Of a stretch of 64,000 nt of DNA, positions 51,073-61,443 are shown piece after piece; position 1 is the stretch's first letter; each line of letters begins with the position of its first letter. Below the pieces are notes generated by a model that made no database searches, had not been told where the DNA came from, and worked only from the letters and a program-made list of their open reading frames with translations. Origin of the DNA: Smithellaceae bacterium (lineage in GTDB: Bacteria > Desulfobacterota > Syntrophia > Syntrophales > Smithellaceae). The position numbers and the translations under genes are program-made. The DNA lies in assembly GCA_963667845.2 (NCBI GenBank), contig CAXXVL010000002.1, forward strand, positions 256,001 to 320,000, read 5' to 3'.

Positions 51073-52203
51073 ATGAAGCCCAGCGCGTCAAAACAGAGAT
51101 CAAAATTAAGAATCGGCGTCCTGTACGGCGGCCGGTCCGGCGAACATGATGTGTCGCTTTGCTCGGCGGCCTCAGTCGTTTCGGCCCTCGATAAGAAAAA
51201 ATACGACGTCATCGCCATCGGCATTGACCGGGACGGCCGCTGGTACGTCCAGGACAAGCCGGAAATCATCCCGGATAAAGCCTTCGGCAAAATCCTGTCT
51301 CTGAAAAAACGGGGCCGGTGGCTCGTCAATCACTTTGAAGAGCAAAACAAACTGCACATTTATAATCTGGAAGCAAATGGCGAAGAGGTCGCAGTCGATC
51401 TGGTCTTTCCCGTTCTGCACGGCACATTCGGTGAGGACGGAACCCTGCAGGGGCTTCTCGAACTGGCCATGGTTCCTTATGTGGGTGTGGATGTGACGGG
51501 CGCCGCCATCGGCATGGATAAAGACGTCGCCAAGCGTCTCCTCGCCGAGGCCGGCATCCCGGTTGTTCCCTGGATCACCATCAGCAGGTCCGAGTGGCGC
51601 AATCTGCCCCGAAAGATTCTGCACCGGGCGCACAAGCAACTTACCCTGCCGCTGTTTGTGAAACCCTTATGCACCGGTTCTTCCGTCGGCATCAAAAAAG
51701 TAAAAACGAACAAAGAGCTGGCTCCGGCTATCGATTATGCCTTCCAGTTCGACACACGCGTCATGATCGAAACCGGAATTGACTGCCGCGAGATTGAATG
51801 CGCCGTATTGGGAAACGAACTTCCCGAGGCATCGGTGGTGGGTGAAATCCTTCCCCGCCACGAATTTTATTCCTATGAAGCCAAGTACCTCGATCCGGAA
51901 GGCGCGCAGATGAACATCCCCGCGAAGCTGCCGGCCAAACTGGCCGCAACCATTCGTGCCTGTGCCGTTGCGGGTTTCCGGGCTCTCAATTGCAATTCCA
52001 TGGCCCGCGTGGATTTCTTTCTGGATAAGAAGACCAACGCGTTCTATCTTAATGAAGTCAACACCCTGCCCGGTTTCACCAGCATCAGCATGTATCCCAA
52101 GCTCTGGGAGGCCACCGGTCTTCCCTATAGCCGGCTTTTGGATAAGCTGATCGTTCTGGCCATTTTACGTCATCGGGAAAAGTTATCGATCAAAACGGAT
52201 TGA
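51073..52203 (+). CDS. ddl: D-alanine--D-alanine ligase
   Basis: GGRSGEHDVS, LHGTFGEDG, GSSVG, FYSYEAKY, EVNTLPGFT. Confidence 0.96.
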   Translation: MKPSASKQRSKLRIGVLYGGRSGEHDVSLCSAASVVSALDKKKYDVIAIGIDRDGRWYVQDKPEIIPDKAFGKILSLKKRGRWLVNHFEEQNKLHIYNLEANGEEVAVDLVFPVLHGTFGEDGTLQGLLELAMVPYVGVDVTGAAIGMDKDVAKRLLAEAGIPVVPWITISRSEWRNLPRKILHRAHKQLTLPLFVKPLCTGSSVGIKKVKTNKELAPAIDYAFQFDTRVMIETGIDCREIECAVLGNELPEASVVGEILPRHEFYSYEAKYLDPEGAQMNIPAKLPAKLAATIRACAVAGFRALNCNSMARVDFFLDKKTNAFYLNEVNTLPGFTSISMYPKLWEATGLPYSRLLDKLIVLAILRHREKLSIKTD

Positions 52204-52283
52204 GCAATCGGCCAGGGTTTCACCTGCCGCAGTCACATTGGATGAACGGATTTGTCTGAGGGAAAAAGCCTCCGTTCCTTCCA

Positions 52284-53069
52284 TCAGGGCGGGGGACAAA
52301 CCGACTTGTAGTAGTCTCCGGGCCCGCAAACATTACTCCATCCTGCAATAGGCGGAGCGCAGCAGCGCTGGGTCACGCAACGCGTAAAGCTGTTCGGTGC
52401 GATGGTAACCACACAGACGCCATTTTCCATGTGCGAACTGACGTGGGCTATTTTGCTCGTCTTCGTGCCCTTGCCGAAGTAGGCATCCCCAACCGTGAAC
52501 CCGCAATTGGCATTAAAAACGAACTGGTCTCCCGAATTGTCCGGATTCTGAGGCGGTCCCTTCTGGATGGGAATCCCCGGCTCCCGGTCCCAGTACCAGA
52601 GATTGACCTGGATGCCCAGACCAGAAGGCACTGCCAGATTGAGCCGATAGGTCGGGCTCATGCCCGCCGGGATGTCGATCTGGCCTGCAGGAGTCGATCC
52701 GGACGGCATGAAGATCTTGACCGATTTGTTTCCGGGCAGCGGACAGATACTGGAGGTGTGATCGATGAGATTATTGATCTTGAAGGCCAGGAATCCTTCC
52801 TGGCCGTCCAGGATTCCATCGCCGTCCGAGTCCGGGTTTTTGGGATCGGTCCCGTAAAAAATAACTTCCTGTCCATCCGTCAGACCGTCATTGTCCGTAT
52901 CCGCATTAAAAGGATCGGTGCCATAGATGTCGATCTCTTCGGCATCGCTGAGGCCGTCGCCGTCCGAGTCCAGCACTTGTGCTCCTCCGCAGCCGCCCGT
53001 CCATATCACAAACCAAACGAGCAGCCCCAAAAAAATGACGCAGCCTCTGAGTTTCATGTCAGCATTCAT
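52284..53069 (-). CDS. Lipoprotein with Ca-binding DxDxDG repeats and Cys-rich C-terminus
   Basis: TGGC lipobox-like; [36 protein letters not shown]; start uncertain. Confidence 0.7.
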   Translation of the reverse strand: MNADMKLRGCVIFLGLLVWFVIWTGGCGGAQVLDSDGDGLSDAEEIDIYGTDPFNADTDNDGLTDGQEVIFYGTDPKNPDSDGDGILDGQEGFLAFKINNLIDHTSSICPLPGNKSVKIFMPSGSTPAGQIDIPAGMSPTYRLNLAVPSGLGIQVNLWYWDREPGIPIQKGPPQNPDNSGDQFVFNANCGFTVGDAYFGKGTKTSKIAHVSSHMENGVCVVTIAPNSFTRCVTQRCCAPPIAGWSNVCGPGDYYKSVCPPP

Positions 53070-53091
53070 GCAAAACGGACCTCGAAACACG

Positions 53092-53154
53092 CAATCCACA
53101 ACCTCGCGGCAAGCGACAGGGAATTAACGCTCGTCCCGCGTGAGCGGGATTGAA
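53092..53154 (+). repeat. Dispersed structured repeat, copy D (short form)
   Basis: CAATCCACAACCTCGCGGCAAGCGACAGGGAATTAACGCTCGTCCCGCGTGAGCGGGATTG. Confidence 0.85.
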
Positions 53155-53314
53155 GGCAGCAAAGATGAATGTTGAACTACCGCCTTTCACGGGGCCAGAA
53201 TAGGAAAATATTTTGTTTGAGTCAAGGCATTCTATCCTCGGAAATTCCTGACGCGGCGGCCTCGCCAAAAGAACGCAATCTCTTACAGGGGCTCTTTTGC
53301 GGGAGCGAACTCCT

Positions 53315-55339
53315 TTATCTGCTTTCACCGGCGACGGGAGGTTTGGCTTTCACGGCAAAGACAGCGTTTGCCGGACCTGCAAATTCAATATAGCTGCCGC
53401 TGGCGGCATAAACGGCGCCCGTGTCGATCGCGCTGTCATAGGTTGCAGTACCTTCCGCCGAGAAGACGATGATTCTGCCCCGCTGGGGTTTAATGAAACT
53501 TAAGACCGCATCTTCAGTCGCCGCCCGCCATTCGTTATATCCATCACCGTTTATCTTTACGAGATTCTCACCGCCTTTGAGCGCTCGGCAGCATGCGGCC
53601 GGACTGTATAGCAAATCCGAAATCCATGCCCAGGTGGCTCCATCCTTTTCAAAAAGAGTCAGTTCCGACTGGTCGCGGACGGAGTCGAAAGGCATCCCCG
53701 CGAATTCCGGGGAATCGATCCTCTTGATCCCGCGAAAATAAACATATCCCGGCAGCTCATTGTACGATAAAGATTTTGCAATATGCGACTCTACAGCCAT
53801 GAGCCCCTCTGCGGGGGAAACGTTGCGCCGGAACCAAACCGCACCGTCCATTTCGGTTTTAAGGCGCGCGGGCTTTTCCACCGGCTTTATTTTCTGCATG
53901 GTAATGACATCGATCCCGGCCCACGGCGGACTCGCCACCAGATAGACTTCCTTCCCGATACCGGCAAAATAGAAGCGGTCGCCCTGGGCGTCATAATAAT
54001 AGCCATTATTATAGACAAATGAAATTGCCGGTATTTTCTCCTGACCTTTAAAAAGGTATACGGTGGCGTTGTTTTTGTCCGCATCAAACGCGATCTGCCC
54101 GAATTTCCCGTCGCTTCCGTAATAACCGGCGAACGAAGCATCTTCGGACGGCCATTTCTGAACCTGGGGAGGCACCCGGATGGTTTTTCCCGCTTCGGGA
54201 ATGAGTTTCTTCTCCACCAGAACCGCATCGAGCACATCCAGCGCTATTTTCATCGCTCCGCTTTCCGCACCGGAGGCCATGACAGCAACCGATATTCTTT
54301 TGTCCGGGACGGTGTAAACCATCGAAGAGTAGTTTCCCGTACCGCCGCTCTTTCCCAATATCTGCACACCGGCCGCGTCATACCGCGGAAATCCCGTCAG
54401 ATCCCAGCCGAGCCCGTAAGAGAATTCGGGATTTCTCAGCTTGCCCCAAAACGCTGAAGGCTGCGCCTTCCTCATCTCATCTTGCGAAGCTTTCCGCAAA
54501 AGTCCGGTATTTGCTGAGAAACTATCCGAAAAACGGCAGAGTTCCCCGGCGGTGGCGGATAACCCGCCCGCGCCGAGAACTGAAAGCGATTCCAGAGGAT
54601 GAACTTTACCGGTTTTGGCGTCGTAATACATTGCGACCGTTTTGCCCTTGGTGTCCGCCACGCCCATACCCGTATCTTTCAGACCCAGGGGCTTAAATAT
54701 CCGTTCATTCAAAAACACGATATATTTCTTTCTACTGATGCGCTCCACGATCATTTCCGCCAGGGTAAATCCGTCATTGCAGTATACGGCCATCGCTCCC
54801 GGGTCATGCTTCAAGCGGGCGCGGGCCAGCGTAGCAATTGTTTCGCGCTTGATCCTGTCATCGTATTTAAATCCGAACGAATTCGACCCTTCCGTTCCCG
54901 GCAGGCCCGATGTGTGGTTCAAAAGCATCCGGACCGTGATTTTCTTATAACGCTCGTCGGCCATCTTGAATTCGGGAAGATAGTCCGTGACCGGTTTGTC
55001 CAGTGAAACTCTGCCGTCGTCGACGAGCAGCATGATTGCCGTTGCCGCATACACCTTGCTGATCGAACCGATATTAAAGAGTGTCGCCGGCGTAACCGGC
55101 ATGCTCTTCTCCCGGTTGGCCATGCCAAATCCTTCGGCATACACGACCTTACCGCGAACCATGACGGCAATGACGGCACTCCCGCACTTGCCGCTGTTAA
55201 TGGCCTGCCATATTTCGCTACGGGCGACCGTTCTGGCGCGTTCATAGGAGTGATCCGACATCGCCGTCCCGTCCGCTGCCATTGCAGCGACCAGTATAAA
55301 GCTCAGACACATCATCCCGATCATTCTGTTTATAGACAC
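53315..55339 (-). CDS. Secreted serine hydrolase (class C beta-lactamase/PBP-like)
   Basis: FNIGSISK (SxxK), LLNHTSG, YCN, KSG; start uncertain. Confidence 0.88.
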   Translation of the reverse strand: MSINRMIGMMCLSFILVAAMAADGTAMSDHSYERARTVARSEIWQAINSGKCGSAVIAVMVRGKVVYAEGFGMANREKSMPVTPATLFNIGSISKVYAATAIMLLVDDGRVSLDKPVTDYLPEFKMADERYKKITVRMLLNHTSGLPGTEGSNSFGFKYDDRIKRETIATLARARLKHDPGAMAVYCNDGFTLAEMIVERISRKKYIVFLNERIFKPLGLKDTGMGVADTKGKTVAMYYDAKTGKVHPLESLSVLGAGGLSATAGELCRFSDSFSANTGLLRKASQDEMRKAQPSAFWGKLRNPEFSYGLGWDLTGFPRYDAAGVQILGKSGGTGNYSSMVYTVPDKRISVAVMASGAESGAMKIALDVLDAVLVEKKLIPEAGKTIRVPPQVQKWPSEDASFAGYYGSDGKFGQIAFDADKNNATVYLFKGQEKIPAISFVYNNGYYYDAQGDRFYFAGIGKEVYLVASPPWAGIDVITMQKIKPVEKPARLKTEMDGAVWFRRNVSPAEGLMAVESHIAKSLSYNELPGYVYFRGIKRIDSPEFAGMPFDSVRDQSELTLFEKDGATWAWISDLLYSPAACCRALKGGENLVKINGDGYNEWRAATEDAVLSFIKPQRGRIIVFSAEGTATYDSAIDTGAVYAASGSYIEFAGPANAVFAVKAKPPVAGESR

Positions 55340-55464
55340 GACTCCCTCCTTTTCTTTTTCCGGGCAGATTTTGTCCGGCATGTTGCGACGTAAGAAGAGT
55401 AACTTTACTTGCCAATAAATAGGACCCTGAAATCCCGGGTCCGAAAATCACGGTAACTGCCTCG

Positions 55465-56574
55465 CTATTTCCCGCTCAGCGCTTTCATCATCGCCCGGAC
55501 GGCTTTCATTTGGGGAGCGTCCTTCGTCAGGTATGAGTCCTTCGCACCGCCGAGATATCCCCACCAGTCAAAGCAGCCGTTGGGATTCATCTTATTTTTT
55601 TGCGCCTGAGGATAAAGCACAATGAGGTGATTGGTATTGGCCCATTCATTATAGCCTGCGTGGAGGACCATCTGCAGGCCAAAGGCCCTGCCGCCTTGGG
55701 CCAGATCCCTTCCTTCAGGGTCGTGATTATAGATCTGCCGGCAGCCGTGAAACACCACGTGAATCCGGCATGCCTCACCTCTTTGACAGGATTGGGGAAC
55801 GTAGGCATAGCCGAATTCATTCAGGCTGGTTCGCCGCGCCATATCCTCCGCATTCGCCGCCGGCGGATCGACAAAGTCTTTTTGCGCAAATTCGATTATT
55901 TTTCCGCCGGCATGCGCCACAGGTGCCGGTGGATTCAGAGCCCCGTAAATATGTTTTAACGCCTCGCCCGCGCCATCGTAACGGCAGGCGCTCATCCAGG
56001 GCGGAGCGCTCACCGTGTCACAGGGATTCCCATAGCCGATCGTAGGCAGAGCATGTCCCGCGAGGATGGTGTTCTCATAGCGAAGACGGGCGGGCGGCAG
56101 ACCCAGTTTCAGAAACTCGTCTCGCGCCCGGTCCACAACGCCCGGACGAACCGTCTGGTCGAGCCGGCCGCTCACGAGAAAAATTTTTTTTGTTTTCAGA
56201 TTTTCCAGTGGGTCGATGCGTCCCCGGCTCGCAAGGGCACGGGCGCTTGCAACGAGCTCGGACAGAACGTCGTCTGTGAGGAGATCGGGGACCGACATGC
56301 AATCCCTGACGGCTTTGAAGACATCTCCGCGCGCACAGCCATAAGGTCCGCCGGCAAAAACGCCGACGCCGGACATTATCCCGGAATAGGCCACAAAAAA
56401 TTGATTGGCAAAAAAACCTCCGGCAGACAATCCGGAGACGGAACTCTCCCGGATATCGATATGGTATCGCCCCAGGTTTTCGCGCACGGGTTGAATGTCG
56501 TCGGCCGCTGCGCTCCCGGCCGCCAAAGCCGCAATACATAACGCCAAACAGATGCCCGAAAGACGTCTGATCAT
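55465..56574 (-). CDS. Secreted PHB depolymerase-like esterase
   Basis: SGLSAGG, AGGPYGC, HVVFHGC, LYPQA, NPNGCFDWWGY. Confidence 0.85.
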   Translation of the reverse strand: MIRRLSGICLALCIAALAAGSAAADDIQPVRENLGRYHIDIRESSVSGLSAGGFFANQFFVAYSGIMSGVGVFAGGPYGCARGDVFKAVRDCMSVPDLLTDDVLSELVASARALASRGRIDPLENLKTKKIFLVSGRLDQTVRPGVVDRARDEFLKLGLPPARLRYENTILAGHALPTIGYGNPCDTVSAPPWMSACRYDGAGEALKHIYGALNPPAPVAHAGGKIIEFAQKDFVDPPAANAEDMARRTSLNEFGYAYVPQSCQRGEACRIHVVFHGCRQIYNHDPEGRDLAQGGRAFGLQMVLHAGYNEWANTNHLIVLYPQAQKNKMNPNGCFDWWGYLGGAKDSYLTKDAPQMKAVRAMMKALSGK

Positions 56575-56759
56575 ATTCCACCTCCAGGTTAAAACCGCAT
56601 CCTCGCCTCAGACAAGTCGACTCTCACCTGCAGCCGGCAAAGGCTTGTGCGTCAGCCATGAGGGAAGGCAATGATGCCGACGTCTGCAACAAAGCGCCGC
56701 TCTTGAAGACGACGGAGCAAAGAGCAATAGAGACCGGATTCAGGAAGCCGCCGGGCCAG

Positions 56760-57929
56760 CTATGGAGCGGCAGCCCAGAACAGGGGCTGCGTCCAGGCCT
56801 TGATGCCGTTCTTCCCTGTCACGACTACGCGAACATAGCTGTCTGCGCCTTGAACCTGATATTGGCCGAAAGGTCCCGCGACACGCAAAAGCAGATTTCC
56901 GTTTTGCCCGATAAAGTCAACGGTTTCACCGTTTCTGGATTCGATATAAATCACGCCGCCGACATAGTCGAGCCGCGCCAGTTCAACTCCCGTGCTGGCG
57001 TAGAAAGAACCTTTTTCCAGTCCCAGCCGGATGCCGGCCAGATTCAACGCTTCTGCCTGAATCATGATCCATCCCTTGCCGATTTCATCGTCACGATGTG
57101 CATCGTCCGCCGCCACGCCGTACCAGAGGCTGCCCGCGCTCAACACGCCGTCCCAGAGCGTCTGATTGTCATGATATTTCTGCAATTCACACGACGTGTT
57201 GTAAATTTCCATCAGATTGAGGCCGGTCAGGGCCAGAAGCTCGGGCAAGGTCCAGGGGGCGACCCAAACAGGGTGATCCAGCATCGGCAAGGCGCCGGAG
57301 CCGATGATGTCCGGGAGAAAATCCGCGGGCTGGCGGTCCGCCGGATCTATCACGCGCGTCGCAAACAGGACATTCACATGCCGGACACTGGCGGGAGTCA
57401 CTTCTTCGCCGGGAATGACCAGCATCCCGGCCGGAGCAGCCTCTGGGGTAATCTTATTGTGATCCGTGATAAATAGAACGTCGTAACCGAGAGTATGATA
57501 CCGGGATACAATTTCCGCGGGAGTGAATGATCCGTCACTCTGCGTCGTATGGACATGCACGTTGGTCTTGAACCGCGGACGCTCATCCACCGGAATGGCT
57601 GTTGCGATGAGGGTGATGTCGCCGGCAATCACCGGACTTCCGGAAGACGGGGCGGCATCACCGGCCAGCCGGATCTGCAGATCTTTATATCCTGCGGATA
57701 AAGAAAAAGCATAAGCGAAAGCCGTATCTCTCTTTTGGGAATACACGCCCGGGGCGGTTCCTGCGACACCTCTTCCGCAGAAAACTTGAACAGTGACATT
57801 TTCCGGCAACGGCGCCGGCGCCGCGCTTCCTCCGCCTCCGCCTCCTCCGCAGCCTGCGACAACACCGGAAACGAGGATGATAAAGAAGAACAAAGCGGTT
57901 TTCAGAACGATTCGCAAATGCCTCGGCAT
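56760..57929 (-). CDS. PHP-domain metallophosphoesterase lipoprotein (CehA/McbA-like)
   Basis: VAGC lipobox, HVHTTQSDG, ITDHN, DHP, DDAH. Confidence 0.85.
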   Translation of the reverse strand: MPRHLRIVLKTALFFFIILVSGVVAGCGGGGGGGSAAPAPLPENVTVQVFCGRGVAGTAPGVYSQKRDTAFAYAFSLSAGYKDLQIRLAGDAAPSSGSPVIAGDITLIATAIPVDERPRFKTNVHVHTTQSDGSFTPAEIVSRYHTLGYDVLFITDHNKITPEAAPAGMLVIPGEEVTPASVRHVNVLFATRVIDPADRQPADFLPDIIGSGALPMLDHPVWVAPWTLPELLALTGLNLMEIYNTSCELQKYHDNQTLWDGVLSAGSLWYGVAADDAHRDDEIGKGWIMIQAEALNLAGIRLGLEKGSFYASTGVELARLDYVGGVIYIESRNGETVDFIGQNGNLLLRVAGPFGQYQVQGADSYVRVVVTGKNGIKAWTQPLFWAAAP

Positions 57930-57966
57930 GTAACCTCCATTGGGATATTCGCATCAAGTTGCGGCA

Positions 57967-59760
57967 TTAATTTTCGAGACTGTCCTTGGCGCAGGTAATT
58001 GCCAGACGCCACTCGGTCCCGTGCAGGTTTACCGTCCGCCAGTAGATTACTTTCGGTATCGGCGCTTCTCCCACCTTCCGGTAAAAATCGTAAGAATCTT
58101 TCCCGTCAGCGGCGGCAACCATCTTGCGGGCCAGAGCGATCACGGCCGGAAAGGGCTGGTACAACGGATCCGTAAAGGCATTGCGTCCGATTTGTTTTGC
58201 ATCCACGTCATAGATAATCAGGCCGTCGGTCTGCATGAGAAATATTTCTACGGGAAGATTGGATTGAACCGGTCCGATAATGCCGGCGAGCAGATATTCG
58301 GGAGCAAAAAGCGCCGCTACCGAACCGTCAAACCGCCGGCCGACGGAAAGAACCGGATGATGAATGACCACCGCCTGGGGCCCTTCGACGGAACGGAACG
58401 ATCCGCTGAACACCGGCCGATGCGTTTTGAACAGTTTGATCATGTGCGCCTGCCTGCTGATATCAGCCCCTTCGGACGTCCGATGGGCGGCCGGTTCCAC
58501 AGCCACCATGATCCCCTTGTTGCTCACGGTCTCGCAGTCGATAATGTAAGGATTCGCCGCGTAAAATTTCTTCAGAACCGTTCTGGCTTCACTGCCTTTC
58601 AAGTCCCTGCCCGATAGATCGCGCGCGCTTTGCCTGAGGTCGGTATCCACCTTTTCCAGCACCGCCCCGATCTCGGAGTGCATCCGCTCCAGAATCACCT
58701 GCAGGTCGTCCCGGGACAGCAGGGTTTTGTGCCTGGTGGTTTTGGGCACAGCCAGTTCTCCCGCAATAATTTTTGCCCGCAACGTAAGGACTTTTTCATA
58801 GATGCCGGCGGGGATCATTTTCCTGTTCCGGTCGTTATAAACAAAGCCCACGCCGTTTTCCCTGAGTCCGAAAGTCTTCAGACCTCCGGTGAAGTTACCC
58901 TGAACCAGGGAACGGACGCTTTCCAGAACCGCCACATCGATATTCTTGGTCATGCTCGTCAGAATGAATCCGGGCGCCTGCGAACTTTGATCAACATCCA
59001 CGCCGATGGCCAGCCGGTTCATTTCACGCGCCGCCCGGAACACCCCCGCGCCCGTCGAGCCCGATGCATGGTAGATAATATCCGCACCGTCCTGATACAT
59101 GCGGGTAGCCAGACGGTATCCTTTGGCCGGATCGCTGAAGGCATGACCCGTAATTCCCGCATACTTGGAAAATACGCGAATGCCCGGACGGACGGCACTT
59201 GCGCCCGCCTGATAGCCCGCCTGAAATTTGCGGATAATTGGACTGTCCATGCCGCCGACAAAACCGATTTTACCCGTTTTGCTTGTGAGGGCCGCCAGCG
59301 CTCCCACCAGATAAGACCCTTCCTCTTCTTTGAAGGTCAGCCCGGCCAGATTGGCCGGCAGTGGAATGTTCCGGCCCTTGTCGTCAACCTTCACACTATA
59401 GTCAATACAGACAAATTTCTTGTCGGGATATTTTGCGGCCAGTTGATTAAACTTTTCGGAAAAGGCAAATCCGACGCCGATGATCATTGCCGCATCGGAT
59501 GCCGCCGCCTCATGGACGGCTTGTTCCAATTCCAGGCTTCTCTTGTGCTCAACGTACACAGCCTTAACGCCCAGTTCGGCAGCGGCCTTTTCCAATCCCC
59601 GGTATGCCGAATCATTGAATCCGCCGTCTCCGCGGCCGCCGATATCAAAGATGAGCGTGACTTTGAATGGCTTTGGATTTTGCGCAGGCGTTTCCTACAC
59701 CGTAACCAGAGAAACAAACAGAATCAGTATCAGCACAGAAGCCAGCAGGATTTTTTTCAT
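57967..59760 (-). pseudogene. BMP family substrate-binding protein fused to a Cache-like domain, in-frame TAG at codon 22
   Basis: ATG 59760 reads MKKILLASVLILILFVSLVTV*ETPAQNPKPFKVTLIFDIGGRGDGGFNDSAYRGLEKA in frame into tracked ORF 57967-59595; IGVDVDQ motif. Confidence 0.75.
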
Positions 59761-59883
59761 TATTCGCTCTCACTCCTTATCGTCTCTAACGGAGCGTTTC
59801 CCCACGCTGCGGGTAACGCTCACAGAAAGGAAGAATTGCCATACAGTGTCAGGATGGGGCAATACGCAGGCAGAGTCTTCCTG

Positions 59884-60750
59884 TTATTTCTTCGTCTTCA
59901 CCACCGCGGTCCCTTCGGAAAATTCCGCGGGAATATCGGTTTGCCCCTGCGATGCCGCCTGGATCTTGATGCTCCGGGTTTTGATCCCGATGTCCTTCGA
60001 CCTTGTTTTGACGGCATAGACACTGCCTTCGTCTTTCAGCTTCAAATCGCCCAGCTGCGTGACGCTGGCATAAATGATGATGTTTTCCTCGCCGAAGGGC
60101 GGGTTCACTTCGAGTTCAAATTTATCATTCCCGGACGGGATCTCATAAACCACACCGCCCTGAAAATAATTGTCCTGACGATAAGGATTGGGCAGGAGCT
60201 GCAAATGGTTTTTCGCCGCATCCCGGTAAATCACCCGGGCAAAGAACGGCTTGTTCCCTCTGAGGTAAATCCTGATTTTTTCACCGGCGCGATAGTCGGG
60301 CTTATCCGTCCAGACTTTCACCGTAAGCGGCAGAGACGGATCATCGATAACGGCGTCTTTGGCCTTTGCAGCCGCCTTCTTCATCGCCTTCTCATCCGGA
60401 ACGACTTCAGTCTTGATTTTGATCTTGTAGCAGTCGCCCGTCGCCGGATCTTTAAACCAGCCCTTTTCCAGTTCTTCGATGACGGTCACTGTCGCATTGG
60501 CATAAGCGGCTACGAGGTCTTTTTGAAGTTCGAAATCTTTCACTTCGGTTGCGGATGACACATAGGTCTTGACCGCTTCGACGGCATTCCTTTTTGCTTC
60601 GGTCAGGGCCAGGGTTTCCGTCTGCTTGCGTGATTTGTCATCCCCCATGCAGGCGGAGCCTTCCGCAACCTTAATCGTGGATTGCGCGGCATGCAGCGGC
60701 GCGCCGATCAAAAAAAGACAAACGATTAGAAAATAAACTATTTTACGCAT
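59884..60750 (-). CDS. Secreted DUF4384-domain protein
   Basis: Signal peptide; VWTDKPDYRAGEKI, QLLPN, VNPPFGEE. Confidence 0.8.
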   Translation of the reverse strand: MRKIVYFLIVCLFLIGAPLHAAQSTIKVAEGSACMGDDKSRKQTETLALTEAKRNAVEAVKTYVSSATEVKDFELQKDLVAAYANATVTVIEELEKGWFKDPATGDCYKIKIKTEVVPDEKAMKKAAAKAKDAVIDDPSLPLTVKVWTDKPDYRAGEKIRIYLRGNKPFFARVIYRDAAKNHLQLLPNPYRQDNYFQGGVVYEIPSGNDKFELEVNPPFGEENIIIYASVTQLGDLKLKDEGSVYAVKTRSKDIGIKTRSIKIQAASQGQTDIPAEFSEGTAVVKTKK

Positions 60751-60766
60751 AGAACCTCCAGGGCAG

Positions 60767-60868
60767 TTTAATCCCGCTTTGCGGGACGAGCGTTAATTCT
60801 CCGCAGCGAGCTTAGCAACAACGACGTTCATTTCATACCCCGACAGCTTGCTGCGAGGCGGGTGATTT
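60767..60868 (-). repeat. Dispersed structured repeat, copy E (long form, inverted)
   Basis: Reverse complement AAATCACCCGCCTCGCAGCAAGCTGTCGGGGTATGAAATGAA...GCGGAGAATTAACGCTCGTCCCGCAAAGCGGGATTAAA aligns with copy B. Confidence 0.85.
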
Positions 60869-61070
60869 GACCTTAAATATGATCAGCGGAAAATCCGCTC
60901 GAGCAAAATCGGCTCGAAACATCGATTATTTGTTTATACCTTTTTGCAAATTCCGGCAACTGGTCTTCCACAGGAGCCCCGGTTGGAAATTACCAGTGCC
61001 TTCTTGACGCCGGTTTGTGCGCGGTCATGCGGCCGGACCAACAGCATTTAGAGATAATCGGGAAAAGAAT

Positions 61071-61099
61071 TTGACGGATTGCCGGAACTGTCCTATAGT
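61071..61099 (+). promoter_or_regulatory. Sigma70 promoter
   Basis: TTGACG-N17-TATAGT. Confidence 0.65.
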
Positions 61100-61165
61100 T
61101 TTTACCACTGAAGCGCCCCTCCGGAAACAAGTGTCGGCGTGATACATCATGAGCGAGGTAAGAAA

Positions 61166-61330
61166 ATGAAGAAAATATTTTATTCCGTATTGATGGCTCT
61201 GGTCATCTTATCCGCGACAGCCATCAGCACCTTGAACGTATATTCCAATCCACCCGAGCCGAAATGTGTCTGCGCCGAGTGCGGCAGGCCTTGCGGCAGC
61301 GGCCACGCGTCGAACTGCTCGTCCAAATAG
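61166..61330 (+). CDS. 54-aa secreted Cys-rich peptide
   Basis: GAGGT RBS; signal-like N-terminus then NPPEPKCVCAECGRPCGSGHASNCSSK. Confidence 0.7.
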   Translation: MKKIFYSVLMALVILSATAISTLNVYSNPPEPKCVCAECGRPCGSGHASNCSSK

Positions 61331-61443
61331 AATCGGCCATGACTCTCTTTGGCCCCGGAACATCGCAGAGGCACGTTTATCGCTTTTGCTGCCGTATCGC
61401 GAGAAAGGATGAAGAACGGTTTCTTTTTATTTGGAGTGAACCT

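Noticed and set aside
53315..55339. Antibiotic-resistance beta-lactamase call
   Set aside because: Motifs support only the broad serine hydrolase family, and the long C-terminal extension is unlike AmpC
59695..59697. Pyrrolysine or alternative-code read-through of TAG
   Set aside because: TAG is a normal stop for typA, etfB, etfA and trpB2 here, no pyl genes are in the window, and the site is not a catalytic position
58630..60558. 642-aa plus-strand ORF
   Set aside because: Antisense to the BMP and DUF4384 genes with no recognisable motifs; the same applies to 1808-2662, 18403-19386, 23726-24703 and 35373-36248
52284..60750. Integron cassette array
   Set aside because: No attC-like paired core sites seen between the genes and no integrase
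30621..60868. CRISPR array interpretation of the repeat family
   Set aside because: Copies are kilobases apart, with no regular spacers and no cas genes
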